DNA of 57,661 bases from Octopus bimaculoides (Eukaryota). The translations under genes and the position numbers were made by a program. Where the stretch lies: NCBI RefSeq assembly GCF_001194135.2, contig NC_068981.1, positions 152,387,151 to 152,444,811 of the forward strand. Reading direction: 5' to 3'. Of the stretch, positions 1 to 14,140 are shown one piece after another. The notes beneath the pieces were generated by a model. The model was given only the letters and a program-made list of their open reading frames with translations. It did not search any database and was not told the origin of the DNA. Numbering within the stretch: the stretch's first letter is position 1; each line of letters starts with the position of its first letter.

Positions 1-150
1 TATATATACACGACGGTCTTCTCTCAGTTTCCGTCTACCAAATTCACTCACAAAGCTTTGGTCGGCCCGAAGCTATAGTAGAAGGTACCACGCAGTGGGA
101 ATTAACCCGGAACCATGTGGTTGGGAAGCAAACTTCTTACCACACAGCCA
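1..150 (-). mobile_element. tRNA-derived SINE, family A (CORE-like octopus SINE), 5' part with internal deletion
   Basis: Reverse complement reads caggcatggctgtgtggtaagaagtttgcttcccaaccacatggttccggg..., matching the head of the full copy at 37373-37783. Confidence 0.8.
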
Positions 151-2119
151 TGCCTGAGCACTACTCAAAATCACCCTAAGCAAGCCACTTCCAGACAAGA
201 GGTTAGGGAAAGGAGCATTATTGCCATTGCTCTCTCACTTTACTCATTGCTCTCTCACTTTGTTTCTCTCTCTTTCTTTCTTTCTTTCTTTCTCTCTCTC
301 TCTCTTTCTTCCCCCCCCCCTCTCTCTCTCTCTCTCTGCATTTATATGTGAGCATATCTAAGAAGCACATAAAAGATGGTAATAAGATAATTATGTTTTA
401 ATTTTTTGTGAAATGGAATAAGATGAAACACAGGTAAGAGAAATTATACCTATAAAATACGATAAATGAAATGACAATCAAGAAACTAACAAAATGAAAT
501 TAAAAATAGATGGTAATAAAAAACCCAATAAAGATATTGAAATGAAGGAAGGCTTCAACATTAGCCATAACTTAACATTTAATTTAAAGAGATCGGTGTC
601 ATATCTGTAGGAAAACAATGGGTGAAACTTTATAATACAATGCTTTGTATGTATCCGTGGGATATTCAGGTAGCTTGGAAGCGATTTGCTAAATTTTCAA
701 ACTGACTTCTGATGTAAAATTACCGAATTAGCAAGATCAAGGAATGAAACTCATCTAAACATCTACAATTGGAACAAACGGTAGGAAAGGTTCGTCAATG
801 ACAGAACGGGTGGATTGTCGAGAAAAAGCTCATCATCAATTAAACTACACTTTCATCGAAGAAACCCACCAAAATATAGTACTTTGTTTTAGAAAGGATC
901 TCGCTCATTTAGAAATACAGTAAGATTTCAGTTGTTAGAAAGGCTTTGGAACGACAGAATGATTCCTGCTCCACTTCGTAGGAGTCACATCTCAAATTAG
1001 GAGTGAATTTAAAACACGAGAATCTATCCAGGCAACGAAACCTCTTCAAAACAGTCCTGTCTATTGAAATTCATGATTGTGTATTACATAACATGAGTCA
1101 TTACATGAGTGTATTACATAACATGAGTCATAACGCCAGTTACGCCACTGGAAAGATCTGCTACTAAGTCCAAGTGTGTAACTTTCTTGGAGATGAGACT
1201 ACAAAATGTGGCATCATCAATAATTATATCAATAAAAGGTCATTTATAAAGAGTAAGTAGGGTGTAGATCCCAGGAGAATTCCCAGGACATACCTAAATT
1301 TGTTTCGTAAATATCGGAGGACAGCCAGTTGATATCTTTAGAACTTCCTCCTGTTAATATTGGTTTGATTGTGAAAAAGAAAACCAGATATGTCAAAGAT
1401 GCTCGGTTTAAGAATCTTGTATGCCTTGCCAAATCAATTGCTTTAAATATGCTATGGGATGTATTCAAATGGTCAATGTGCTTGTCTTTCCTGTTAATCT
1501 ATCGGTCTACACTCCAAAGTAAATAGGACGTGTGGACCAATGAACCTTATTTATAGGCCACACAGCAAAATGACAATTATGCTTAATTCAAGCTACCTGA
1601 TAAAATACAACCCGGGAACTGGAAACTGACATGATGCAAACATAATTCTTGAACTGTCTATAATAACTGGTGTGTTCTAATTTACACTATAGTATATCCC
1701 AAGTTATCCCAACCGTGAAGCAAGTTGTAAACACTCAAACTTGGATCACACAAACTATTTTTTTCCGTGATCCTCTCTAACTCCACCTACTGAACGTATT
1801 TGCTGAGTATATTTGTATAGTGTAGCAGATTTATCAATATAACTATAGACAGAAATTAAGCGAAGTGTGTGTGGGGGTGGAGTAGGAGAATGTGCTCCAA
1901 TTAACCCTATCTCCTCCTATGTGTGTGTATAATTAAGATATGCAAATTATTGTTCTTCCATTTACACGATAATGATCTTGTTAACACTGGATTGTGTTGA
2001 CAAGTTCTGTAACCCTAGACAAAGAGTACTTGCTTCAGGATATTTGCTGTTCCCAGAAGTGTTGTTTTTTACAATGCCATTGTGTCAAGGTGTTTCTGAA
2101 CGATTTTCGACACTGGTTA

Positions 2120-2316
2120 CCACGCCGGACAAAATGGTTAGCGGCATTTCATCCGTCTTTACGTTCTGAATTCAAATGGTGCCACGGTTGACTGTGCCTT
2201 TTATTCTTTCGGGTCGATAAAATAAGTATTAGTTGAGCACTGGGACCGATACAATCGACTAACTCTAAACCCCACCCCATCCACTCTCCAAAATTTCAGA
2301 CGTTGAGCCTATTGCA
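2120..2316 (+). mobile_element. SINE family B copy; its tail resumes at about 2629-2660 after a MITE insertion
   Basis: Motifs cacgccggacaaaatggttagcggcatttc...gttctgaattcaaat...tttcgggtcgataaaataagta are shared with copies at 19955, 36853 and 43735. Confidence 0.75.
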
Positions 2317-2628
2317 CAGTGGTTCCCAAACTTTTTGGGGTTGCCGCATCCTTGAGACCCAGGCCACATTCGTAGTGCCCCCACCCCTGCTAACCATTGC
2401 AAACATAAACCTTTTTCTGAAGCAAATTCAAAGCAACAGTATTTCACAAATAAAACTTAACCTAATGAACCCGTTATTTCGTTGTTTTTACATGAATAGC
2501 TACCCAATTGTCGCCCCATTTTTTACATGAATCGTTACCCCCAATGTCGCCCCACTTTTCTTCAACGCCCCCTTGGAACTTTCAACCGCTCCCAGAAGGA
2601 ACAATACCTCCCACTTTGGGAACCACTG
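2317..2628. mobile_element. hAT (Charlie-like) MITE
   Basis: Terminal inverted repeats CAGTGGTTCCCAAA...TTTGGGAACCACTG; decayed 8-bp flanks ctattgca/ttatatca; interrupts a SINE tail. Confidence 0.8.
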
Positions 2629-2786
2629 TTATATCAGAAAGGATTATTATTATCATCATTGTGAACTTAAGGCCGCAAGCTGGAAGAATCAATAACACGT
2701 CGGACTTAGTGGTATTTGACTAATTCCCTCTTCCTAAAATTGCTCGCCTTGTGCAAAATTTGAAACTATTACCATTGTTGTTGATT

Positions 2787-3150
2787 AGCAGAATCGTTGA
2801 GTGTTGGACAAAATTACTTATAGTATTTCTTCTGATTCCTTACGCTCCGAGATCAACTTGCACACTTTTGGTGTTGATGAAATAAAGTAACCGTCAAGTG
2901 GTGTCGATGTAATAGACTTTCCCCCACTGTCAAACTTGATGATCTGTACCAAAATTAAAAATAATTAATATTGTTGTGGATTGACACAATCGTTAGAGTG
3001 TCGAACAAAATTACATGCGACATTTTTTCCGGCTCGTTACATTTTGAGTTCATTTTTACCTGTCACCTTTCCGGGTTGATAAAATAAAATACTAGTCAAG
3101 TACTGAAGTCGATTTAATAGACTAACCATTCCTCTTCTTACATCTATGGC
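2787..3150 (+). mobile_element. Two degraded SINE family B copies in tandem
   Basis: Heads gcagaatcgttg... (about 2787) and acaatcgttagagtg (about 2985), each followed by gttgat(g/a)aaataaa...gtcgat(g/t)taat. Confidence 0.6.
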
Positions 3151-3319
3151 CTTATGCCATTGTTAAAAACAATTATAAGGGGCAATGCATCAGCAAAATC
3201 GATAGAGCTGTATTTGATCCAATTCTTCATGTTCAAATACACACGTTCAAACCCCGCTGAGATGAAAATAGTGAATATTAGATTAGTCATGTACAACACA
3301 AGAGAAACAGTTATCTCTG

Positions 3320-3630
3320 CTCTAAAGATTCTGGCTCGGGGCCAGAAATATGATGCTTGTGCACGACATTCTATAGTAACGAGATATAGGCATTGGATGA
3401 GAGGGCTGTGCTGGATGGGAGAGCTGTACTTTACCTGGAAGGAAATGAGGCGAGCATATTCTGCTGGGTGTGCATGAACGACAATGCACAAATTATCAAA
3501 GCGGAAAACTATTTATGAAATTAAATGTAGTTAGCAGCAGAGGGGCCTGGATGCTTAAGCGATCCAAGAGCATGAAAATTACGGGAGGAAAACCGATGAA
3601 GGACTGGTCAGAAGTAGTGAAAGTTGATGT
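3320..3630 (+). mobile_element. Highly degraded RTE-clade LINE 3' fragment
   Basis: Frame-broken remnants YDAC..., ERNEASIFCWVC and GGKPMKDWSEVVKVD parallel the clearer RTE copies at 22340 and 35036. Confidence 0.5.
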
Positions 3631-3639
3631 TAAGACGAT

Positions 3640-4004
3640 GAGTTGTTGTTGTTGGCACTCCGTCACTTACGACGTCGAGGGTTCCAGTTGATCCGATCAA
3701 CGGAACAGCCTGCTCGTGAAATTAACGTGCAAGTGGCTGAGCACTCCACAGACACTTGTACCCTTAACGTAGTTCTCGGGGATATTCAGCGTGACACAGT
3801 GTGACAAGGCTGACCCTAAGAAAAAGTGAGAGAAAGTTGTGGTGAAAGAGTACAGCAGGGTTCGCCACCATCCCCTGCCGGAGCCTCGTGGAGCTTTAGG
3901 TGCTTTCGCTCAATAAACACTCACAACGCCCGGTCTGGGAATCGAAACCGCGATCCTATGACCGCGAGTCCGCTGCCCTAACCACTGGGCCATTGCGCCT
4001 CCAC
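3640..4004 (-). mobile_element. Young full-length tRNA-derived SINE, family C, with (CAA)n tail
   Basis: Minus strand starts gtggaggcgcaatggcccagtggttagggc (A box) and ggtttcgattcc (B box), ends in caacaacaac; perfect 9-bp TSD TAAGACGAT at 3631-3639 and 4005-4013. Confidence 0.9.
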
Positions 4005-4314
4005 TAAGACGATTAGTAATGAAATACTGTACTGAAGAAAATTTGTCCAAACTATGTAAGCATTGAAAAGAAGACTTTACTATAATATAGATGATGATGA
4101 CGATGATGGTAATGGGGACGATGATGATGATCAAGATGATGACGACAAGCGACGACGGTGGTAATATATTTATGTGTACAAACGAAAGTAAAGGATAGTC
4201 AATAGAGTATGCAAAATTTATTTTGTATATTTGTAGATAAACCGTTGGTGATTCTCTTGAATATTTCTCAGTTTCAGCCACACATAAAATGTGTATGTTT
4301 GTGCGCGTTTAATA

Positions 4315-4363
4315 CACACACATACACTCACGCACGCGCACGCACGCGCACACACACACACAC

Positions 4364-4404
<41 letters not shown>
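4315..4404. repeat. (CA)n/(CG)n microsatellite
   Basis: Direct reading; runs into an N-gap. Confidence 0.95.
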
Positions 4405-4414
4405 NNNNNNNNNN

Positions 4415-5071
4415 TGTGTCTGGGGAGAGTCATTTCCTTTTTGTGACTCATAATTTAACACACTCACGGACAAAATTTCCATTTATATCTTATTTTTATT
4501 TTCCTAAAATTTTCGTTGCGTCTTGCAACATTTTCCATAGTCTTGACTCTGTCGGTTATTTACACTGAGTTCTTTTTTGTTTGTTTATGCACAGTGCATA
4601 TGTGTATGTATATAGGTGTGTGTATGCATATACATATATGTATGTATGTGTGAGCATCTCCATATGTGTGGACACGTGTCTCCATATGTGTCCTTGTGTG
4701 AAGTAAAGTGTGTGTGTTTATATGGTCATGTGTTTCAGTCTCCATTTGCGTATGTATGCTTGTCTGTTCATATAACCTATGTGTGTTGATGTTTATTTTC
4801 ATATCCATATGCTTACTTTCATGTGCATATACACATATATACATACATACAGCTATCTACATAACAGTCCACTATCTATTCAACTCTACCTGTGTAAACT
4901 GTGGGTATGGGGGTATGATATCTACTATGTATATTTCCTATTTAGTATTGGGGAAGTTTTATTTATAAGAACGTACTCCCGTATTTGTCTGAGTGTTGGG
5001 TCTTTTGGGTGCTTGGATAAGATGCGGATGTCAAGTTGATCCAGGTTGCCTCCATGTTGGTAGAGTATGGA
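4415..5071 (-). mobile_element. Inverted 3' segment (pseudo-LTR) of a Penelope-like element
   Basis: Reverse complement of about 5475-5790 and 6880-7030; encodes the same C-terminus SILYQHGGNLDQLDIRILSKHPKDPTLRQIREYVLINKTSPILNRKYT*. The left limit is uncertain. Confidence 0.7.
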
Positions 5072-5641
5072 GGACTGAATAGGATACAGAGAACTTGTGA
5101 CAAAACAAACAGGGCGAACACATGGTATAAAACCGACAAATATCAAGGAGTGATGTTTGTAGAGGCCACAGACCATGAAGAACTAGCCCGTAGATTTAGA
5201 AAAGCTCTGAAGAAGGCCAAACTCAACATTAAGATTGTTGAAAAGCCAGAGAACTCCGTCAAATCACAACTTTGAGAATAGCATATGCATCAATGATAAC
5301 TGCATGATATGTAGGATTAGCCCTGACATTAACTGTAGAACTAGAAATGTAGTTTACAGCATAATATGCTTAGAAGGTGCTTGTAAAGACATAAACATGA
5401 CATACATAGGGGAGACATCTAGGAGCAATGTGGAACGACTAAATGAACATCTGAGACAATATGACGACAAAAACAGTCCTCCATACTCTACCAACATGCC
5501 AATGACCAACATGGAGGCAACCTGGATCAACTTGACATCCGCATCTTATCCAAGCACCCAAAAGACCCAACACTCAGACAAATACGGGAGTACGTCCTTA
5601 TAAATGAAACTTCCCCAATACTAAATAGGAAATATACATAG
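5072..5641 (+). pseudogene. Penelope-like element ORF 3' remnant: RT-thumb/linker plus GIY-YIG endonuclease
   Basis: Cys-rich linker CINDNCMICRISPDINC, then NVVYSIIC...YIGETSR...RLNEH (GIY-YIG motif); frameshifts; ends TAG TAG. Confidence 0.85.
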
Positions 5642-5791
5642 TAGATATCATACCCCCATATCCACAGTTTACACAGGTAGGGTAGAATAGTTAGTGAGCT
5701 GTTGTGTAGGTAGATGTATGTATGTGTGTGTGTACGTATATATGTGTATATGTACATGCATGTAAGTATATGGATATGAAAATAAACAGAT

Positions 5792-6875
<1,084 letters not shown>

Positions 6876-7043
6876 AAAAGATCAACATACAGACGGATAA
6901 GTACGTAGGTTATATAACAGACAAGCATATATATACAAATGGAGACTGAAACACATGACCATATATAGACATACACACTTTACTTCACACAACAACACAT
7001 ATGGAGATGCACATCCATACATACAAACACGGCACATAGTTGC

Positions 7044-7074
<31 letters not shown>

Positions 7075-7300
7075 TCAGACATGCACACGCAAGGAGACAG
7101 AGGTGCATACATATACAAACACACGCACGCACGCACGCACACATACATAAAAACACACAAACACGGACACGCAAGCACATGAATATGCAGAATACATACA
7201 TACAGATGCACACACATACATACATATATACATATGCATACACACATATATACATACACACACATGCATGCATACATACATACATACATACATACATACA
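6876..7300 (+). mobile_element. Continuation of the Penelope pLTR/3' UTR, running into microsatellite and gap
   Basis: taggttatataacagacaagc...ggagactgaaacacatgacc...tttacttcacac is the reverse complement of about 4650-4790. Confidence 0.6.
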
Positions 7301-9258
7301 NNNNNNNNNNNNNNNNNNNNNNNNNNNNNNNNNNNNNNNNNNNNNNNNNNNNNNNNNNNNNNNNNNNNNNNNNNNNNNNNNNNNNNNNNNNNNNNNNNNN
7401 NNNNNNNNNNNNNNNNNNNNNNNNNNNNNNNNNNNNNNNNNNNNNNNNNNNNNNNNNNNNNNNNNNNNNNNNNNNNNNNNNNNNNNNNNNNNNNNNNNNN
7501 NNNNNNNNNNNNNNNNNNNNNNNNNNNNNNNNNNNNNNNNNNNNNNNNNNNNNNNNNNNNNNNNNNNNNNNNNNNNNNNNNNNNNNNNNNNNNNNNNNNN
7601 NNNNNNNNNNNNNNNNNNNNNNNNNNNNNNNNNNNNNNNNNNNNNNNNNNNNNNNNGTCCTTGGGTTAATTTGTAACTTCTACGAATTTTGTGTTTGTTT
7701 GTGTGTATGTGTGTGTGTTCGCGCGTTCAAAATTACATACATGCATACATAATGCGCACTTCGAATTTGTTTTTCTTTATATGATCGTGAAAATTAGTAC
7801 CAGATAAAATAATGGAATCGATATAAATCACAAAATCCATTGAAGACAGTGCCCCTGCAACAGCCGTAGTCCGACAATTGAAACTTTTATACAGGCTTTC
7901 AGTGCATGTAAATGTCTTTCGCCATCACTATTTACTATTTTAATTAGTATTTTGTCTCCCTTGAATATATATTAAAAAAAGAAAATTAAGGAGTTATTTC
8001 CCTTAACCCTTAAACAGCGTGCTGTGAAACAAGAATTTACAGTATGAATTTTCGTTTACAACCACCTCAGTAAATAGCAGCGCCAGGTTTCGATCTAGAA
8101 TGATTCTAAGAAATATAACAATTAAAACAAACAACTGCATTAGTGAAATTATTTAGAAACGTTTACGTATTGTGAGGCTCGAAGTTGTAGGTTGTTCAGC
8201 TTATGCAATTAGGCACTGGCTGAAATGTCAAATTGAGTGAATGGTTCTTTACGAAGTCAATTTACTAGGTTTAATATTACTGGATTTCAATAGCTTGGAA
8301 GATAATAAGGCAACCAATTACATTTATATTCGTAAATGGTACGTCTTTTTGGGGGGGAAAACAAATTATAAACAAAAGTTCGTGCTTGTTTTGTTTGGGG
8401 AAGACGGATATTAGGTATCAAAAGAAGAGAGATTGATACCATAAGTAATCAGGAAAGAAAATTTAGATATTGGGTAAAGAAAAGGGTATACATCAAATCA
8501 GCTTATGTTAAGATAGTACGCAGGGTGGGGGGTAACTCTCATAGTAGCAGGAAAGAATGAAACACAACACTAAACGAGCTAATGTTTGCTAGTCAGGCAG
8601 TCAGCTTGTTTCTTGGCTAAAATCCAGAATGATGTGCGTATTATGCCAAATATGTGAAGAGTATTCTTACTGTTGATCATATTTGTGTTGTGTACAGAGA
8701 TAGCTGTATATTCTGTATATTCTGTCCTGAAAAAGAAATCCAGCATTCGTGAACCATTATTGGTTAGATGAAGAATACATCATCATCTGCCACCACCAAC
8801 CCTTGTAATGATGGAAGCTTTTCCAAGCTTTCTGAAAATTTACACACATCTATAGGGATTCCTTTCCTTTTTGACATCACAAACATTAAATGGCTTTTTG
8901 CAACCTGCAACCCGTCATAGCCAATTCTGAGGGAGAGATAGAATGACAAAGGAAGAGAAATTGAGAAGAAAGAATAACTAGTTCTAATGCTCAACTGGTT
9001 CCCTTTTTTTATAATTAGCACCCACAAGATACTTCCTCCTTCCCTCCCCCATAGAAAAGGATGACAGAATTCAAATTCAGAGAGCAAAGAGTAAAACATT
9101 CTATCCCACACTAATGAATCAAGTTACTGCCTTGGAATAATATGCCTTGTCATACTTTGTTTTCTCAACCCTTGATGAAGTCATAGAAGTGCAGTCATAC
9201 CATATGGTGTGTCTTGGGTATTTTCAGAACTGGCAGAGCTCTCCCTCTCCAACTCTGG

Positions 9259-9698
9259 CTATGAATCAGTTCTTGCAAAAAGAGAAAGAGAGGGAAAAGG
9301 AGAAACAACCCAATATGAAAGACAAAGTTGGTCTAAGCAGTATTTAAACTTGAAGTGCAGAGAGCCAGAAGGAATACTGGAAGACAATCTATCCAAATAA
9401 TCTAATGACTCAACCAATTCCCTGTCATATTTTTTAGAAAATATTATTTCTGAAGTTGATTGCAGATTGTAAGATCTAGCTGGAATGAGGATTTTAACTG
9501 CATGAGGTTCATCAGTTTTGAGATTACAGTTCTGTTTTCCTTTTTCTTTCCCTTTAAAATATGTAGTGCTAGTATTTTGATACTTTTGAATGATATTAAG
9601 TTGTGAAGTTCCCTTTATTTTACAAGCTTTGACTGTGGAAGATGTATTTACTTGATAGGTTATTGAGATTGTTTTTAAATGATGCATGCATGAGAAAT
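9259..9698 (-). CDS. Candidate terminal coding exon of the Ig-domain gene (about 146 codons, S/T/K-rich, no recognised domain)
   Basis: Acceptor cttctctcttag|AT at 9698; phase 1 matches the Ig exon donor; frame open to TAG at 9259-9261 in AT-rich DNA. No homology recognised and no transcript evidence. Confidence 0.35.
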
Positions 9699-12246
9699 CT
9701 AAGAGAGAAGACTAAATTGGTGTTATCTGCATTAGAATATGTATGGTTAGATGATACAGCAAGTTAATTGTTTATATAAAGAAGTGTGGATAACTGAGGT
9801 ATGAGAGAACTCAATCAAGAAACAATAAGATAAAATAACTTATGATAAAGTTTCTAAACCAGAGAATTCTGTTGAAGAGAACCTATAATCAAGTATTTTT
9901 TTCTGTATTTTCATGACAGGGAGGAGCAAAGAGTTTGCTAATTTTTAAGAGGAATAACTTTGCTTTGCTTCATCAAGTTTTTTAAAGACATTGGTGCATG
10001 ATCTACCTATACAGATAATTAAAATGTATAAACAAAAATGTAAATTGTAAGTGTTCAGCTAAGTTTGGTGAAACAACATACAAGCCTTCATTTCTTCTGT
10101 ACAAAGTTGCATGTCTCCATATCTAATGGTATAAATTCTCACTAAATAAAAGAGTTAATGTTAAACTCATTCACATACTTTGTTTGATAATCAACTGGTT
10201 TTTGAACATCATCATGAATATATACCAGCATGGGTGATATATGCCTGCAAAATAGCACCACTGTTCTGTATTTTAAAGAATCAAGTACAACTAGAAGTGG
10301 TACATGCATACTATGTATTGTTTTGAAATCCAATAGTAGCTTTCTACACATTAAGCACCTATTAGTCACTTTCCCTAATGTAATTTTCAATCAGATCTGT
10401 ACAAAAAGTCCCAAGAAGTGAATTGTGAATATGTAATTTACTCATTTTTTTTTTGTTTCTGGCTCTAGATATTATTCAAATGTTAATTTCATCTAAAAAT
10501 TAAGATCAAATTTAATTAAACTAATAACACATTATTAAAGAACACATAACACTTTATGTAATGCAATGTTAATAATGAAAATTCCACTTCAGTAGTATAT
10601 TATTGCTTTTTAGCTTTACTGCCCTGATTGATAAATTCTAACCATGGTCATCTCATTTATTTCAATGCATAATGTATCTAGTACTACAATAACCAATGTG
10701 CCCTTTCTATTTTAAGATGGTGGGGCATGAGTTCTGGGAGATTTAGCTATTATTTCTAAAAGGTTGTGCAAACATAAAGCAGTTCAATCTTCAATCATTT
10801 GAAAGAGCTGGAAAGTATGACCATATGAGATAACTTTTGTGAGGCCATGCACATGTGCCACTTTAAGGGAATCACATAGGTACTTTTTGTTGCTAAGCAT
10901 GGTCGAGTTCATGGCAAATGCATATATATCCTAACCTGATAAATTAGCAATGATGAATTAGTAACTCACAGTTTGTGCCTTCATTATGGCTACCCTCAGA
11001 AAGGGCCTGGCTGGAATAGCTTCAAGCATGAGGCCAATTTCCCAATCATGTTGAGTAAACATCCCTACAATGTGCAACATAAGAGAAGGCCAGCTTTGCA
11101 ACTCAACAACAACCTTGGGCACCTTTTTGAATTAGATGTACCTAACACCTGTGTACATGCTTTCAAAATTGGAAAACAGCACAGTACCCATGACATTCAG
11201 AAATATTTTTTATGACCAGAATTGCTGAAGCAGGGAATAAACTACCCACATCAGTTGTTAGCTGTTGGAACACTACAACCTTCAAGACTTCCATTCTTCC
11301 TGAAATTCACTAACATTACACCTGATGTTCCTTTTGTTATGACTCATTCACTGTTCACTTGCCTGCTTTTTGTGCATTATTTTGTGTACTGTACATGCAC
11401 TTTTGACTACCTTTTCTGATGAGTTGTAGTGCACTTGAGCACTATATGCAATAAGTTCATTGTTGTTGTCGTCGTCATCATCGTCGTCGTCGTCATCGTC
11501 ATCGTCATCATCATCATTATTATTATTATTATTATTATTATTGTTGTTGTTATTACTATGGACAATTCAGTATTATCTTGATACAAGTTTTAATTTTCTC
11601 ATGCATGGTATGGTGCCATTTATATTACCAGTGCTGTGTTACCATTTTTCTACAAATAATCTGACATCCTCAGCTAAAATGAAATTAACATTTTGAGGAC
11701 ACCAATAAATTTCTATACAAAGATCATCTTCTTATTTAGCTATCATATCATCAGAGATACTGCAATGCTAAAATCAGATCAGACAACCAAACATTGATGA
11801 AAAGTTAGCTCCAAATGGTGTAAGGAGACAGAAAGTTAGAATGTTGAGCTGCCTGAATCTTATGAAAACTTCAAAACTGTATCTCCAGTTGGTCTTTAAC
11901 CAGAGCATAATGATTAAATGACATGAAGAGCCTCATGGCTTTGTTTGAAGATAACTCAGATGTATCTTGGTACATAGCAGCTTGAAAATGTTTCACATGA
12001 TTCATCCTACAACTGTACCATTCACCAAGTGTGATTTAATGTGTGATTTAGAAGGCGCTTAGAAATTCTACAAAAATTTGGGGAAAAAATTTCATTGCCA
12101 TAACTACAACAATCCCTACTAAGCTTCTGATGAATAAACTTTCCTAAGCTCCAAATCATGGCAAAGAGAACAGAGTTTGAAAATCAAATGATATTTCACT
12201 GACCAACCTATGTCCACGATAATGATGATTATGTTTTGTTCCCTTG

Positions 12247-12328
<82 letters not shown>

Positions 12329-13195
12329 ACACACACACACACACACATACACATATTATGGGGGATAGTTGTATAAAACAGTGGAGGTTTTCTGTTACTA
12401 GTTTAAGTGAACCTTGAAAGATATTTGATTTTGTCAATAAATTTGATCCTTTGGATGAAGTTAAATAACTTTGTTGTACCATTTCACAGTCAAACATTTT
12501 TCTAACATTAACTCTAACTGTACAGTATAATGGAACAAGATCTGGTGACATCATGATGAGATCATTGTTAGATCATTTGCACTCTATAGAGGGAAATGTT
12601 TTCCATAGTAACTCTCTGGTAATTTAATAATTCATAGGATGGGAAAGCATTTTCATCTGACTACATCATAGTTTTGAGATGAGCCACTATGAATTCAACT
12701 GTAATGGAGTAGCATCAAGCTAATTGACAAAGGCAACCATATCAGAATATAATGAATTATTATTAAATAACTATTTTACTCTGTTTTTAACAAAACAAAG
12801 TATAATGATTTGTTTCAATAAGAGACAATGTTATCTAAATTTATTGATACAATTAAAATTATGTCCATACTGAGATGTTAGATAACTATTTAAATAGTTA
12901 TCTAGCAGAGTTTAAGAAGCACATTTAATTAGTTATTTAACAGAGTTTAACAAGCCCATTCTTATTTGATCATTTCTTATAAGGCCATACAAGAAAACAT
13001 CAATCATATTCTATTTAGAATGTTAATGACAAGAGAGAGGATTTTAGTGTTACGATGCCCCTAATTTAGTAAATCATTAGCTAAATAGTAACTATCAAGA
13101 TACTGATAAACTTAATTATTGTTTAACAATCAAAACATTACTTCAAAGCTTTATACAAATATCAATACCCCCCCCCCTCTCTCTCTCTCTCTCCT

Positions 13196-13238
<43 letters not shown>

Positions 13239-13452
13239 TTATCATCATCATCATCATTATTGATTTTATGTATAGTTTCCATAATGTCATTGGACATGAC
13301 TTCTTAAGGAAATATTCTGTAGTCAAATGCCTTTCCTGGTGTCAACCATTATTCAATAATGGCATTTTTGTGAAGTGTCACTTCATATATGTATTATGTT
13401 GTATTTTTCATGGGGAGTGGCAGCAAACTCAAGGACTATTCACATGCAAACA

Positions 13453-13484
<32 letters not shown>

Positions 13485-13486
<2 letters not shown>

Positions 13487-13750
13487 TGGCTGTATGGTTA
13501 GTTTGCTTTGCAATCACTTTGTTCTAGCTTGGATCCCACTGCACGAGACCTAGGGCAATGTCTTGGATTGATCAATACCTTCAGAATAAAATTTTGTAGA
13601 TGGTAACTGTACAAAGGCTGCTGTGTATATATGCATGTACACACAGAAATACACACACACACACATGTTGCATACCTCATGTTTATATGAATACATTTAC
13701 TTAGTATATAAAAGACTAACCCCTTCCCACAGAATTTCAAACCTTGTGCC
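13485..13750 (+). mobile_element. Degraded SINE family A
   Basis: gtatggctgtatggttag...atcccactgcacg...gggcaatgtc...tagatggtaactg. Confidence 0.55.
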
Positions 13751-13789
13751 TATAGCAAAAAGCAGTTAAACTGTATGAAAGAGATAACA

Positions 13790-14140
13790 GAGGACTGAGA
13801 TATGTGGCACACTTCTGAACTCAGGAAGAGCTGCCCACCACAACAGAATTAAGATCCTAAATCCAAAGTACCACATAAAAAGCATTGGTGTGGGTGCTGG
13901 TACCATGTAAAAAAAAACACTAGTGCTGATGCCACATAAAAAGCACTCATGATGGTGCCACTTTAAAAAGCACCCAGTACACTCTGTAAAGTGGTTGGCA
14001 TTAGGAAGGACATCCAGCCATAGAAACCAAGCCAAAACAGACCATGGATTCTGGTGTGGCTCCTAGCCTTGCTAGTGCCTGTCAAGCCATGTCAGCATGG
14101 AAAATAAACTTTAGATGTTGATAATGATGATGATGATGTT
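13790..14140 (+). mobile_element. SINE-like element, family D, with (GAT)n tail
   Basis: Repeated ccacataaaaagca units, ggttggcattaggaaggacatccagcc, tail cagcatggaaa...gatgatgatgatg; similar tail fragments near 23940-23990 and 25495-25570. Confidence 0.55.

Noticed and set aside
4505-4545. Minus-strand hairpin GTTGC-AAGAC-GCAAC followed by GAAA, resembling hammerhead stem II
   Set aside because: The upstream sequence (ctatggaaaat) is not CUGANGA and no convincing stem I was found; at most a relic.
8764-9111. 115-aa minus ORF, in frame with the candidate terminal exon and vaguely RT-like (VADDD)
   Set aside because: Separated by three in-frame stops; RT similarity is not convincing; no splice support.
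9147-9400. Plus-strand ORFs with protein-like composition and an attttcag acceptor
   Set aside because: Short, with no partner exons found on the plus strand; they overlap the longer minus ORF.
10179-10244. 66-nt minus segment with tattttgcag acceptor and gtatgt donor
   Set aside because: The phase-1 reading is open but compositionally odd and no homology was recognised; such site pairs arise by chance in long introns.
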